The position numbers were made by a program, and so were the translations under genes. This document shows positions 27,675 to 36,503 of a DNA stretch of 39,375 nucleotides, piece by piece. Below the pieces are notes generated by a model. That model was not told where the DNA came from and searched no databases. It was given only the letters and a program-made list of their open reading frames with translations. Position 1 is the stretch's first letter. The number at the start of each line of letters is the position of its first letter. The stretch lies in the sequence record MZ234024.1. One strand, written 5' to 3'. The DNA comes from Escherichia phage vB_EcoP-101136BS1.

Positions 27675-29243
27675 ATGGCTGAACGTGAAGGGTTCGCTGC
27701 TGAAGGCGCGAAGTCAGTTTATGATAGATTGAAGAACGGACGACAGCCTTACGAGACCCGCGCACAGAACTGTGCTGCCGTGACTATCCCCTCGCTATTT
27801 CCTAAGGAGTCCGACAACTCGTCTACTGAGTACACCACTCCGTGGCAAGCTGTAGGTGCTCGCTGTTTGAACAACTTGGCTGCAAAGCTGATGTTGGCGT
27901 TATTCCCTCAGTCACCGTGGATGCGACTTACAGTCTCCGAATACGAGGCAAAGACCTTGAGTCAGGACTCAGAGGCGGCTGCTCGTGTTGATGAAGGGCT
28001 GGCTATGGTCGAGCGTGTGTTGATGGCTTACATGGAGACTAACAGTTTCCGTGTCCCATTATTCGAGGCGCTGAAGCAGCTTATCGTCTCAGGTAACTGC
28101 CTGCTCTACATCCCTCCTCCAGAACAAGGAACCTACAGTCCTATGCGAATGTACCGCTTAGTGTCCTACGTTGTTCAACGTGATGCTTTCGGTAACATCT
28201 TACAGATTGTGACTCTCGACAAGGTAGCGTTTAGTGCTCTACCGGAAGACGTGAAGTCTCAACTCAACGCAGACGACTATGAGCCTGACACCGAGCTTGA
28301 AGTGTATACGCACATCTACCGTCAGGACGACGAGTATCTGCGCTACGAGGAAGTGGAAGGCATTGAGGTGACAGGTACCGATGGTTCCTACCCGCTGACT
28401 GCATGTCCATACATCCCGGTACGAATGGTTCGACTGGATGGTGAAGACTACGGTCGTTCTTACTGCGAGGAGTATCTGGGCGACCTCAACTCGCTGGAGA
28501 CGATTACAGAAGCTATCACAAAAATGGCTAAGGTAGCCTCCAAGGTGGTGGGCCTCGTTAACCCGAACGGTATCACGCAACCTAGACGTCTGAACAAGGC
28601 GGCTACAGGTGAGTTCGTGGCTGGTCGCGTTGAGGACATCAACTTCCTGCAACTGACGAAAGGTCAGGACTTTACGATTGCTAAGTCGGTGGCTGACGCT
28701 ATCGAGCAACGTTTAGGCTGGGCCTTCCTTCTTAATAGTGCTGTTCAGCGTAATGCCGAGCGTGTCACTGCTGAAGAGATTCGTTATGTTGCTGGCGAAC
28801 TGGAGGCGACCTTAGGTGGCGTGTACTCAGTACAGTCACAAGAGCTTCAGTTACCTATCGTCCGTGTGCTGATGAACCAACTTCAGTCTGCTGGCATGAT
28901 TCCTGACCTTCCGAAAGAAGCGGTAGAGCCTACTGTCTCAACTGGTCTGGAAGCTCTGGGCCGTGGTCAGGACTTGGAGAAGCTGACTCAGGCGGTTAAC
29001 ATGATGACTGGTCTTCAGCCTCTACAACAGGACCCAGACATTAACTTGCCTACACTGAAGCTGCGACTGCTGAATGCCTTAGGCATTGACACCGCTGGTC
29101 TGCTACTGACTCAGGACGAGAAGTTGCAACGCATGGCTGAACAATCCGCTCAAGGAGCTGTGGTCAACGGTGCGTCTGCTGCTGGTGCTAACATGGGTGC
29201 TGCTGTAGGTCAGGGAGCTGGTGAGGACATGGCTCAAGCCTAA
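27675..29243 (+). CDS. gp8: head-to-tail connector / portal protein (gp8)
   Basis: 522 aa (T7 gp8 is 536); strong RBS; position between gp7.3 and scaffold. Confidence 0.9.
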   Translation: MAEREGFAAEGAKSVYDRLKNGRQPYETRAQNCAAVTIPSLFPKESDNSSTEYTTPWQAVGARCLNNLAAKLMLALFPQSPWMRLTVSEYEAKTLSQDSEAAARVDEGLAMVERVLMAYMETNSFRVPLFEALKQLIVSGNCLLYIPPPEQGTYSPMRMYRLVSYVVQRDAFGNILQIVTLDKVAFSALPEDVKSQLNADDYEPDTELEVYTHIYRQDDEYLRYEEVEGIEVTGTDGSYPLTACPYIPVRMVRLDGEDYGRSYCEEYLGDLNSLETITEAITKMAKVASKVVGLVNPNGITQPRRLNKAATGEFVAGRVEDINFLQLTKGQDFTIAKSVADAIEQRLGWAFLLNSAVQRNAERVTAEEIRYVAGELEATLGGVYSVQSQELQLPIVRVLMNQLQSAGMIPDLPKEAVEPTVSTGLEALGRGQDLEKLTQAVNMMTGLQPLQQDPDINLPTLKLRLLNALGIDTAGLLLTQDEKLQRMAEQSAQGAVVNGASAAGANMGAAVGQGAGEDMAQA

Positions 29244-29262
29244 ACTATCACTATAGGAACAA
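29240..29262 (+). promoter_or_regulatory. phage RNAP promoter (phi9 position)
   Basis: CTAAACTATCACTATAGGAACA, overlapping the gp8 stop. Confidence 0.85.
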
Positions 29263-29296
29263 CGTCTGGTCTACAATTTGTAGGTTTCTAGTCCAG

Positions 29297-30217
29297 TTGT
29301 TCCTACCATTTCAATCAAAGGAGAATGACTCAATGTCTCAATCAGTTTATGCCGAGTTCGGCGTTAGCTCTAATGCAATCACTGGTTCCGTTGAGGACCT
29401 GAACGAACACCAGAAGTCTATGCTTGAACAGGACGTAGCTGTTCGTGATGGCGATGACGCTATTACCTTCAAGCAACTGGAAGCCGAAAACGAAGAGGCG
29501 ACCGAAGAAGACGAGAACGTCGAAGAGACTGAGGGTGCTGAAGACAACGAGTCCGATGACGAAGAGTCTGAGACCGATGGTGAGCAGCCTGAGTTCATTG
29601 AACTGGGTGATGCACCGAAAGAGCTGACCGAAAGTGTCACCGCTCTGGATGAAAACGAAGCTGCATTTGACGACATGGTGTCTTCCGCTGTAGAAGCTGG
29701 CAAGGTCACTGCTGATGAAATTACCGCTATCAAGGCTGAATACGCCAAGGACGGTAAGCTGTCTGACGCATCCTACGCTAAGTTGCAGGAAGCAGGTTAC
29801 ACCAAGCGTTTCGTAGATTCGTTTGTACGTGGTCAGGAAGCTCTGGCTGAACAGTATGCTGCTGGTGTGGTTCGCTATGCTGGTGGTGCTGAACAGTTTA
29901 ATCGAATCCTGTCACACCTTGAGTCCAACGACCCGTCAACTCGTGAAGCACTGGAAGCTGCTATCGTTCGTAAGGACATTGCGACTACCAAAGCTCTGCT
30001 GAATCTTGCTGGAAAGACACTTGGCAAAGCTGTAGGCGTTAAACCTCAGCGTACAATCACCACTCAGGCTAAACCTGTGGTAGCACCTAAGGCTCCTCAG
30101 ACAGAAGCATTCAGCTCTAAGGCTGACATGATTAAGGCTATGAGTGACCCGCGATACCTGCGTGACGCTAAGTACACGATGGAAGTTCGCGCTAAGGTAG
30201 CTGCCTCAAGCCTGTAG
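29297..30217 (+). CDS. gp9: capsid assembly scaffolding protein (gp9)
   Basis: 306 aa (T7 is 307); highly acidic, Glu/Asp-rich N-terminal half. Confidence 0.85.
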   Translation: MFLPFQSKENDSMSQSVYAEFGVSSNAITGSVEDLNEHQKSMLEQDVAVRDGDDAITFKQLEAENEEATEEDENVEETEGAEDNESDDEESETDGEQPEFIELGDAPKELTESVTALDENEAAFDDMVSSAVEAGKVTADEITAIKAEYAKDGKLSDASYAKLQEAGYTKRFVDSFVRGQEALAEQYAAGVVRYAGGAEQFNRILSHLESNDPSTREALEAAIVRKDIATTKALLNLAGKTLGKAVGVKPQRTITTQAKPVVAPKAPQTEAFSSKADMIKAMSDPRYLRDAKYTMEVRAKVAASSL

Positions 30218-30219
30218 TT

Positions 30220-30242
30220 GACTAAACTATCACTATAGGGAG
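30220..30242 (+). promoter_or_regulatory. phage RNAP promoter (phi10 position), best consensus copy
   Basis: CTAAACTATCACTATAGGGAGAC, with the same +1 to +6 GGGAGA as T7. Confidence 0.9.
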
Positions 30243-30345
30243 ACCAAGAGACAGACTCAAGGTTTCCCTATTACTTCAGTCCATACGGATTGGGCATACA
30301 GTAAGTAATAAACTTTATCTTTCAATTGAATAGGAGAATTATCAT

Positions 30346-31395
30346 ATGGCAAACGTTCCGGGTCAGAAAGTTGGTACAGACCAAGGTAAAGGCAAATCTG
30401 GTTCCGACGCTCTGGCGTTGTTCCTGAAGGTCTTTGCTGGCGAAGTCCTGACAGCATTCACTCGCCGCTCTGTAACTGCTGACAAGCATATTGTCCGTAC
30501 CATTCAGAACGGTAAGTCTGCTCAGTTCCCGGTCATGGGTCGCACCTCTGGTGTGTATCTGGCTCCGGGTGAGCGACTGTCCGATAAGCGTAAAGGTATC
30601 AAACATACCGAGAAAGTGATTACCATTGATGGTCTGCTGACTGCCGATGTGATGATTTTCGACATTGAAGACGCGATGAACCACTATGACGTGGCTGGCG
30701 AGTACTCCAACCAGTTGGGCGAAGCTCTGGCTATCGCTGCCGATGGTGCGGTACTGGCTGAGATGGCTATTCTGTGTAACCTACCGGCTGCATCTGATGA
30801 AAACATCGCTGGTCTTGGCAAAGCGTCTGTGCTGGAAGTTGGTACTAAAGCAGACCTGAACACTCCGGCTAAGCTGGGTGAAGCAATCATCGGTCAACTG
30901 ACCATTGCTCGTGCGAAGCTGACATCCAACTACGTTCCTGCTGGCGACCGTTACTTCTACACCACGCCGGACAACTACTCTGCAATCCTCGCGGCTCTGA
31001 TGCCGAACGCTGCTAACTATGCTGCGCTGATTGACCCAGAGACTGGTAACATCCGTAACGTAATGGGCTTCGTGGTTGTTGAAGTTCCACACTTGACTCA
31101 GGGTGGTGCTGGGGAAACTCGTGGTGCCGATGGTATCACTATTGCGACTGGTCAGAAGCACGCCTTCCCAGCTACTGCTACTGGTGATGTTAAAGTTGCT
31201 CTGGACAACGTTGTGGGCCTGTTCTCTCACCGTTCTGCTGTAGGTACTGTTAAGCTGCGTGACTTGGCGCTGGAACGTGACCGTGACGTCGATGCTCAGG
31301 GCGACCTGATTGTTGGTAAGTACGCTATGGGTCACGGTGGTCTGCGTCCAGAAGCAGCAGGCGCACTGGTTTTCACAGCGGCGTCAGCGGGTTAA
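30346..31395 (+). CDS. gp10A: major capsid protein (gp10A)
   Basis: 349 aa; ALFLKVFAGEVLTAF, KSAQFPV, YLAPGE, KHTEKVITIDGLLTADV, DIEDAMNHYDV, SAILAALMPNAANYAALIDPE, RNVMGF, VVEVPHLT, RSAVGTVKLRDLALER, KYAMGHGGLRPEAAGA match T7 gp10A. Confidence 0.97.
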   Translation: MANVPGQKVGTDQGKGKSGSDALALFLKVFAGEVLTAFTRRSVTADKHIVRTIQNGKSAQFPVMGRTSGVYLAPGERLSDKRKGIKHTEKVITIDGLLTADVMIFDIEDAMNHYDVAGEYSNQLGEALAIAADGAVLAEMAILCNLPAASDENIAGLGKASVLEVGTKADLNTPAKLGEAIIGQLTIARAKLTSNYVPAGDRYFYTTPDNYSAILAALMPNAANYAALIDPETGNIRNVMGFVVVEVPHLTQGGAGETRGADGITIATGQKHAFPATATGDVKVALDNVVGLFSHRSAVGTVKLRDLALERDRDVDAQGDLIVGKYAMGHGGLRPEAAGALVFTAASAG

Positions 31396-31658
31396 CGACC
31401 TTTAAGGCCCTCTCTACAGAGGGTCCTACCTTAGAGACGTATAGTTCTACGGTGGGAACCAGCCTGAAGGTTGACTTCCCTGAGCTTTCAGATGTGACCG
31501 ATTGGTCGCTGCTTGAGGTGACTACGCCTGATGGTGTTAGCTACTCCCGTAGAACCAACAGTCTCTACTTCAAGGCCACCTCTGGCGTGGAAGGTCTGGT
31601 GATTGTTGGGTATGACGGGACGCCTGTGCGTTCCTTCAACGTATCTTTCACAAACTAA
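31371..31658 (+). CDS. gp10B: predicted -1 frameshift extension of the capsid protein (gp10B-like minor capsid), 96 codons
   Basis: Heptamer G GTT TTC at 31368-31374, 7 codons before the gp10A stop. The -1 frame is open from there to 31658 (checked codon by codon), ending just before the terminator. Confidence 0.6.
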   Translation, partial: FHSGVSGLTTFKALSTEGPTLETYSSTVGTSLKVDFPELSDVTDWSLLEVTTPDGVSYSRRTNSLYFKATSGVEGLVIVGYDGTPVRSFNVSFTN

Positions 31659-31659
31659 T

Positions 31660-31703
31660 TGAAACCCCTTGGGTGCCTTCGGGTGCTTGAGGGGTTTTTT
31701 TTG
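31660..31703 (+). terminator. intrinsic terminator (T7 T-phi-like)
   Basis: GAAACCCCTTGGGTGCC-TTCG-GGTGCTTGAGGGGTT followed by U8; resembles T7 T-phi (AACCCCTTGGGGCCTCTAAACGGGTCTTGAGGGGTTTTTTG). Confidence 0.85.
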
Positions 31704-31717
31704 CTTAAGGAGGGACT

Positions 31718-31807
31718 ATGGTCCTTATTTACACAGGGTTAGCACTATTCGTCTTATTCTGGGCGTACCTGCTGTCCAGCTCACCGTCTAGCGCCTATGA
31801 CCGTTAA
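31718..31807 (+). CDS. possible small hydrophobic peptide, 29 aa
   Basis: Strong RBS TAAGGAGGG, 4 nt spacer; MVLIYTGLALFVLFWAYLLSSSPSSAYDR. Too short to score. Confidence 0.3.
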   Translation: MVLIYTGLALFVLFWAYLLSSSPSSAYDR

Positions 31808-31818
31808 GGAGTAAACCT

Positions 31819-32385
31819 ATGGCTCAATACATTCCACTGAATGCTAACGATGACTTAGATGCCATCAACGATATGTTAGCAGCTATCGGTGAACCAGCAG
31901 TCCTACAGCTTGACGAAGGTAACGCTGACGTCTCGAACGCTCAACGTATCCTGCATCGTGTCAATCGTCAGGTCCAAGCTAAAGGCTGGAACTTTAACAT
32001 CAACGAAGCTGCTGTCCTGACACCTGATGTCCAAGACAATAGGATTCGATTCCTGCCGTCTTACCTTCGGGTCATGACTGCTGGTGCTACCAGTTACTAC
32101 AGCAACATGGGGGGCTATCTCTATGACCTGTCCACTCAGTCCACGACCTTCACTGGACCAATTACAGTCGAACTGGTGGAGATGAAACCGTTCGCTGAGA
32201 TGCCTGTAGTATTCCGTGACTACATCGTTACCAAGGCTAGCCGTGAGTTCAACGCTAAGTTCTTCGGTAGCCCAGAGTCTGAACTGTACCTTCGTGAGCA
32301 GGAAGCAGAACTCTACCAGCAGGTGATGGAGTACGAGATGGACACTGGTCGCTACAACATGATGTCCGACATCGGGAGGGACTAA
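31819..32385 (+). CDS. gp11: tail tubular protein A (gp11)
   Basis: 188 aa; ILASIGEP, ANA.RIL..NRQ.Q..GW.FNI.E, IVTKASR.FN..FFG.PE, EYEMD.G.YNM shared with T7 gp11. Confidence 0.92.
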   Translation: MAQYIPLNANDDLDAINDMLAAIGEPAVLQLDEGNADVSNAQRILHRVNRQVQAKGWNFNINEAAVLTPDVQDNRIRFLPSYLRVMTAGATSYYSNMGGYLYDLSTQSTTFTGPITVELVEMKPFAEMPVVFRDYIVTKASREFNAKFFGSPESELYLREQEAELYQQVMEYEMDTGRYNMMSDIGRD

Positions 32386-32612
32386 TGGCTAGTCACAACC
32401 TGAAGATTCACCGCCAGCACTTTGGTCCGGTACAACTGGGTCTAAAGACAGCAGAGCTGAGACTTAACGACCGGGACTTTAAGGTTGGCGACTGGCTTAT
32501 CCTGAATGAGTGGGACAACGGGTATACTGGACAACAGGTAGCACGTAAGGTTGTCCACATTGCTGACGTTGGTGACATCGCTGAGGGATACGTCCTAATG
32601 AGTATGATTTAA
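32385..32612 (+). CDS. ASCH/PUA-like small protein (DUF3850-like), 75 aa
   Basis: Contains GLKTAELR, matching the ASCH GxKxxExR signature, then DRDFKVGDWLIL. Start overlaps the gp11 stop; ends 10 nt before gp12. Confidence 0.6.
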   Translation: MASHNLKIHRQHFGPVQLGLKTAELRLNDRDFKVGDWLILNEWDNGYTGQQVARKVVHIADVGDIAEGYVLMSMI

Positions 32613-32621
32613 GGAGAGCCT

Positions 32622-34979
32622 ATGCCATTAATTACGCAAAGCATAAAAAATCTTAAAGGTGGTATTAGCCAGCAGCCAGACATACTGAGGTTCTCAGACC
32701 AAGGCGAGGCACAAGTTAACTGCTGGTCATCCGAAAGTGATGGACTCCAGAAGCGTCCACCTACAGTCTTCAAGCGACGTCTTAACATCGACGTTGGGAG
32801 CAACCCCAAGTTCCACCTGATTAACCGTGATGAGCAGGAGCAGTATTACATAGTGTTCAACGGGTCCAACATTCAGGTAGTTGACTTGAGCGGTAATCAA
32901 TACTCAGTTTCCGGTGAGGTAGACTACGTTAAATCGTCCAACCCGCGAGATGACATCCGTGTCGTTACCGTTGCAGACTATACGTTCATCGTGAACCGTA
33001 AGGTTGTCGTTAAAGGTGGAAGCGAGAAGTCACACTCTGGTTATAATCGTAAAGCACGCGCTTTAATTAACCTGCGCGGTGGACAGTATGGTCGCACCCT
33101 TAAGGTAGGAATCAACGGTGGAGTTAAGGTCTCGCATAAGCTGCCAGCAGGTAATGATGCCGAGAATGACCCACCTAAGGTGGACGCTCAAGCCATTGGT
33201 GCAGCTCTGAGAGACCTTCTTGTTGCTGCCTATCCTACCTTCACGTTCGACCTTGGGTCTGGCTTCCTGCTAATCACAGCTCCTTCAGGGACCGACATTA
33301 ACTCAGTGGAGACTGAGGATGGATACGCTAACCAGCTAATCAGCCCAGTCCTCGACACGGTGCAAACAATCTCTAAGTTGCCTCTTGCGGCTCCAAATGG
33401 GTACATCATTAAGATTCAAGGTGAGACCAACAGTAGCTCCGATGAATATTACGTGATGTATGACTCCAATACTAAGACGTGGAAGGAGACAGTAGAGCCG
33501 GGAGTGGTCACTGGGTTCGATAACACCACAATGCCACATGCTCTGGTGAGACAATCTGACGGCTCCTTTGAGTTCAAGACTCTGGACTGGTCTAAGCGGG
33601 GTGCTGGTAATGATGACACAAACCCTATGCCTAGCTTCGTGGATGCTACGATTAACGATGTGTTCTTCTACAGGAACAGGCTAGGGTTCTTGTCAGGAGA
33701 GAACGTAATCATGAGCCGTTCAGCCAGCTACTTTGCGTTCTTCCCTAAGAGTGTGGCGACATTGAGTGATGATGACCCTATTGACGTAGCTGTAAGTCAC
33801 CCTAGAATCTCAATACTTAAGTATGCCGTTCCGTTTAGCGAGCAGCTACTACTTTGGTCGGATGAGGTTCAGTTCGTGATGACAAGCTCTGGTGTCCTTA
33901 CCTCGAAGTCTATCCAGCTTGATGTAGGCTCAGAGTTTGCCTTAGGAGATAATGCCCGACCGTTCGCTGTAGGACGCTCAGTCTTCTTCTCAGCGCCTCG
34001 TGGGTCATTCACCAGCATTAAGCGATACTTCGCTGTAGCAGATGTGTCTGACGTGAAGGATGCCGATGATACCACAGGCCACGTACTGTCCTATATTCCT
34101 AACGGGGTGTTTGACATTCAAGGTACAGGGACTGAGAACTACATCTGCGTCAACTCTACAGGTGCATACAACCGAATCTACATCTACAAGTTCTTGTTTA
34201 AGGACGGCGTACAACTTCAAGCCTCTTGGTCGCACTGGGAGTTCCCTAAAGCTGATAAGATTCTGGCGTCTGCGTCGATTGGCTCTACCATGTTCATTGT
34301 TCGTCAGCACCAAGGGGGTGTGGACATTGAGCACCTTAAGTTCATCAAGGAGGCAACCGACTTTCCATTAGAGCCGTATAGACTCCACGTTGACTCCAAG
34401 GTGTCTATGGTAATCCCAATTGGCTCATATAACGCTGACACCTATGAGACTACGGTCGACATTGGTTCTGCTTATGGTGGAAACGCTCCGTCTCCCGGTC
34501 GGTACTATCTGATTGACAGTCAGGGTGCCTATGTGGACCTTGGTGAACTGACCAACATCTCAACTGTGGCTATACTCAATGGCGATTGGTCGGGACGTAC
34601 AGTGTTCATCGGACGGTCTTATCTGATGTCCTACAAGTTCTCACGGTTCCTGATTAAGATTGAAGACGATAGTGGCACTCAGTCTGAAGACACTGGACGT
34701 CTACAGCTTCGTAGGGCTTGGGTCAACTACAAGGACACTGGCGCTCTTAGACTCATTGTCAGAAACGGTGAGCGGGAGTTCGTGAACACCTTTAATGGGT
34801 ACACCCTTGGTCAGCAACCCATCGGGACTACCAACATTGGGGACGGTCAGTATCGCTTCGCTATGAATGGTAACGCATTAACCACGAGTCTAACCTTAGA
34901 GTCAGACTATCCTACCCCAGTGTCCATCGTTGGGTGTGGCTGGGAGGCGTCATACGCTAAGAAAGCTCGTTCCGTCTAA
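32622..34979 (+). CDS. gp12: tail tubular protein B (gp12)
   Basis: 785 aa (T7 gp12 is 794); position between gp11 and the phi13 promoter. Confidence 0.9.
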   Translation: MPLITQSIKNLKGGISQQPDILRFSDQGEAQVNCWSSESDGLQKRPPTVFKRRLNIDVGSNPKFHLINRDEQEQYYIVFNGSNIQVVDLSGNQYSVSGEVDYVKSSNPRDDIRVVTVADYTFIVNRKVVVKGGSEKSHSGYNRKARALINLRGGQYGRTLKVGINGGVKVSHKLPAGNDAENDPPKVDAQAIGAALRDLLVAAYPTFTFDLGSGFLLITAPSGTDINSVETEDGYANQLISPVLDTVQTISKLPLAAPNGYIIKIQGETNSSSDEYYVMYDSNTKTWKETVEPGVVTGFDNTTMPHALVRQSDGSFEFKTLDWSKRGAGNDDTNPMPSFVDATINDVFFYRNRLGFLSGENVIMSRSASYFAFFPKSVATLSDDDPIDVAVSHPRISILKYAVPFSEQLLLWSDEVQFVMTSSGVLTSKSIQLDVGSEFALGDNARPFAVGRSVFFSAPRGSFTSIKRYFAVADVSDVKDADDTTGHVLSYIPNGVFDIQGTGTENYICVNSTGAYNRIYIYKFLFKDGVQLQASWSHWEFPKADKILASASIGSTMFIVRQHQGGVDIEHLKFIKEATDFPLEPYRLHVDSKVSMVIPIGSYNADTYETTVDIGSAYGGNAPSPGRYYLIDSQGAYVDLGELTNISTVAILNGDWSGRTVFIGRSYLMSYKFSRFLIKIEDDSGTQSEDTGRLQLRRAWVNYKDTGALRLIVRNGEREFVNTFNGYTLGQQPIGTTNIGDGQYRFAMNGNALTTSLTLESDYPTPVSIVGCGWEASYAKKARSV

Positions 34980-35003
34980 CTTATTGAAGGGCCTATAGAT
35001 TTA

Positions 35004-35026
35004 CCTTAACTATCACTATAGGGACT
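35004..35026 (+). promoter_or_regulatory. phage RNAP promoter (phi13 position) bracketed by a 10-bp inverted repeat
   Basis: CTTAACTATCACTATAGGGACT; flanked by GGGCCTATAG (34989-34998) and CTATAGGCCC (35026-35035). Confidence 0.8.
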
Positions 35027-35055
35027 ATAGGCCCTTAAGGTTATAAGGAGACTTT

Positions 35056-35514
35056 ATGTATATTCGCAAGGCTACGGAACCAGATGTCCACTACTTTATG
35101 CGGCATCTTTCAGCAGATGATGTTAATGAGTGCAAAGCAAACTATGGGTCAACCGTGGGTCTCTCTGAAAGACTGCTCAAGCACCTATCTCCTTCATCTG
35201 TGGTTTTAACGAACTGTGTAGGCGAAGTGTTTGCCTATGGTGGAAACCAAGGGGATAACGTATGGTTCTTGACTTCCGGTCTGGTCTATAAGCTGAGACC
35301 TAAAGAGAAGCGAGAGTTCATAAAGTGTATCTCTGAGTACAGGGACTTAATGTTAGACCAATACGGGACCATCTGGAACTACGTGTGGTCAGACAATAAG
35401 TCTCACATTAAATTCTTGAAGTTGCTTGGGGCTAAGTTCCATGATGATTGGACTATCAGCCCGGTAACTGGTGAGCGTTTTCAATTATTCACTATCTCTA
35501 AGGAGGACGTATGA
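35056..35514 (+). CDS. hypothetical protein, 152 aa; possible gp13 internal virion protein A by position only
   Basis: First ORF after the phi13-position promoter and before gp14; no sequence match could be confirmed from memory. Confidence 0.5.
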   Translation: MYIRKATEPDVHYFMRHLSADDVNECKANYGSTVGLSERLLKHLSPSSVVLTNCVGEVFAYGGNQGDNVWFLTSGLVYKLRPKEKREFIKCISEYRDLMLDQYGTIWNYVWSDNKSHIKFLKLLGAKFHDDWTISPVTGERFQLFTISKEDV

Positions 35515-35912
35515 CGAAGGTCTGTTTAACTTGTGGTCTGGAGAAACCAATCACTGAGTTTCACAAACAGGCCACCAAGAAAGACCCGAACAGGCGTAAG
35601 CCTCATTGTAGAAGCTGCTGGTCCAAGATACGTAAGGATAGAACCCCAGAGCACAACAGGCGATATAACCTGAAGAGATGCTATGGAATAACACCTGAGG
35701 AGTATGATAAAATGCTTCGTGAGCAAGGTGGGACATGTGCTATTTGTCATGGTACAGAGTCTGTAGGAAGACTAGCGGTAGACCATTGCCATTCAACTGG
35801 AAAGGTTAGAGGGCTGCTATGTACCAACTGCAATCAAGCTATAGGCAAGCTGAAGGATGACGCTCAGTTGCTTAGAAACGCTATCAACTATCTGGAGGTG
35901 AACCGTGTGTGA
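35511..35912 (+). CDS. endonuclease VII-like (T4 gp49 family) zinc-binding nuclease
   Basis: GGTCAICHG...LAVDHCHSTGKVRGLLCTNCNQAIGKL matches the endonuclease VII signature, plus an upstream Cys pair (CLTCG). ATG overlaps the upstream stop (ATGA). Confidence 0.75.
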   Translation: MTKVCLTCGLEKPITEFHKQATKKDPNRRKPHCRSCWSKIRKDRTPEHNRRYNLKRCYGITPEEYDKMLREQGGTCAICHGTESVGRLAVDHCHSTGKVRGLLCTNCNQAIGKLKDDAQLLRNAINYLEVNRV

Positions 35913-36492
35913 ACCAGTATCCATCGGTCTAGGAGTAATGGCTGTAGCAGGGGCCACTATGTCCGCATCCCAACAGGCCAAGGCTGAAGGAGCAGCAATT
36001 GACGCTCAGAACCGACAGGCTCAGGAAATGGTTAAGCAGATGAACTACTCTGACGCCAACCTGAAGATGCAGGAGCGAGACCTGAAGGAGCAGCAGATGG
36101 CTGAACTGACAGAGACCACTCTAAACGGTATCCGCAATCAGGGGATGGTCCGAGCTGCAGTGGCTGAGTCAGGTCTGGAAGGTAACTCTATGGACAGGAT
36201 TGAACGTCAGGTCGAAGGAGATACAGTCAAGGAGCGAGCAGGGATTACCGAAAGTTACAACCGCGACTATGCGGCTATCTTCGGGAACCGTATCGCCAAC
36301 ATTGAGAACACAAAGTCTGCTATCCGTGGTCAAGGTAAAATCATCAAGACCAGCCCACTGGCTCATGCACTTAATGTTGCTAACGCCGGGATGCAAGGTT
36401 ACGCTGCTGGTGAATCAATGTCTGGGTCATCCAGCTCTGGCGGTTCTGCACCAATTAGGGCTGCTAAAGGAACACCTACAGGTCATAGCTAA
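35905..36492 (+). CDS. gp14: internal virion protein B (gp14)
   Basis: 195 aa (T7 gp14 is 196); GTG start giving MCEPV (T7 MCWAA); MLEGSSMDRI-like GLEGNSMDRIER, YNRDY.AIF, PI.AAKGT.TG conserved. Confidence 0.85.
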   Translation: MCEPVSIGLGVMAVAGATMSASQQAKAEGAAIDAQNRQAQEMVKQMNYSDANLKMQERDLKEQQMAELTETTLNGIRNQGMVRAAVAESGLEGNSMDRIERQVEGDTVKERAGITESYNRDYAAIFGNRIANIENTKSAIRGQGKIIKTSPLAHALNVANAGMQGYAAGESMSGSSSSGGSAPIRAAKGTPTGHS

Positions 36493-36503
36493 GAGGAGGA
36501 CTA

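Noticed and set aside
29297-29760. Low-complexity acidic stretch in gp9 as a possible tandem repeat or separate element
   Set aside because: Acidic Glu/Asp-rich N-terminal regions are normal for T7-type scaffolding proteins; this is compositional bias, not a repeat element.
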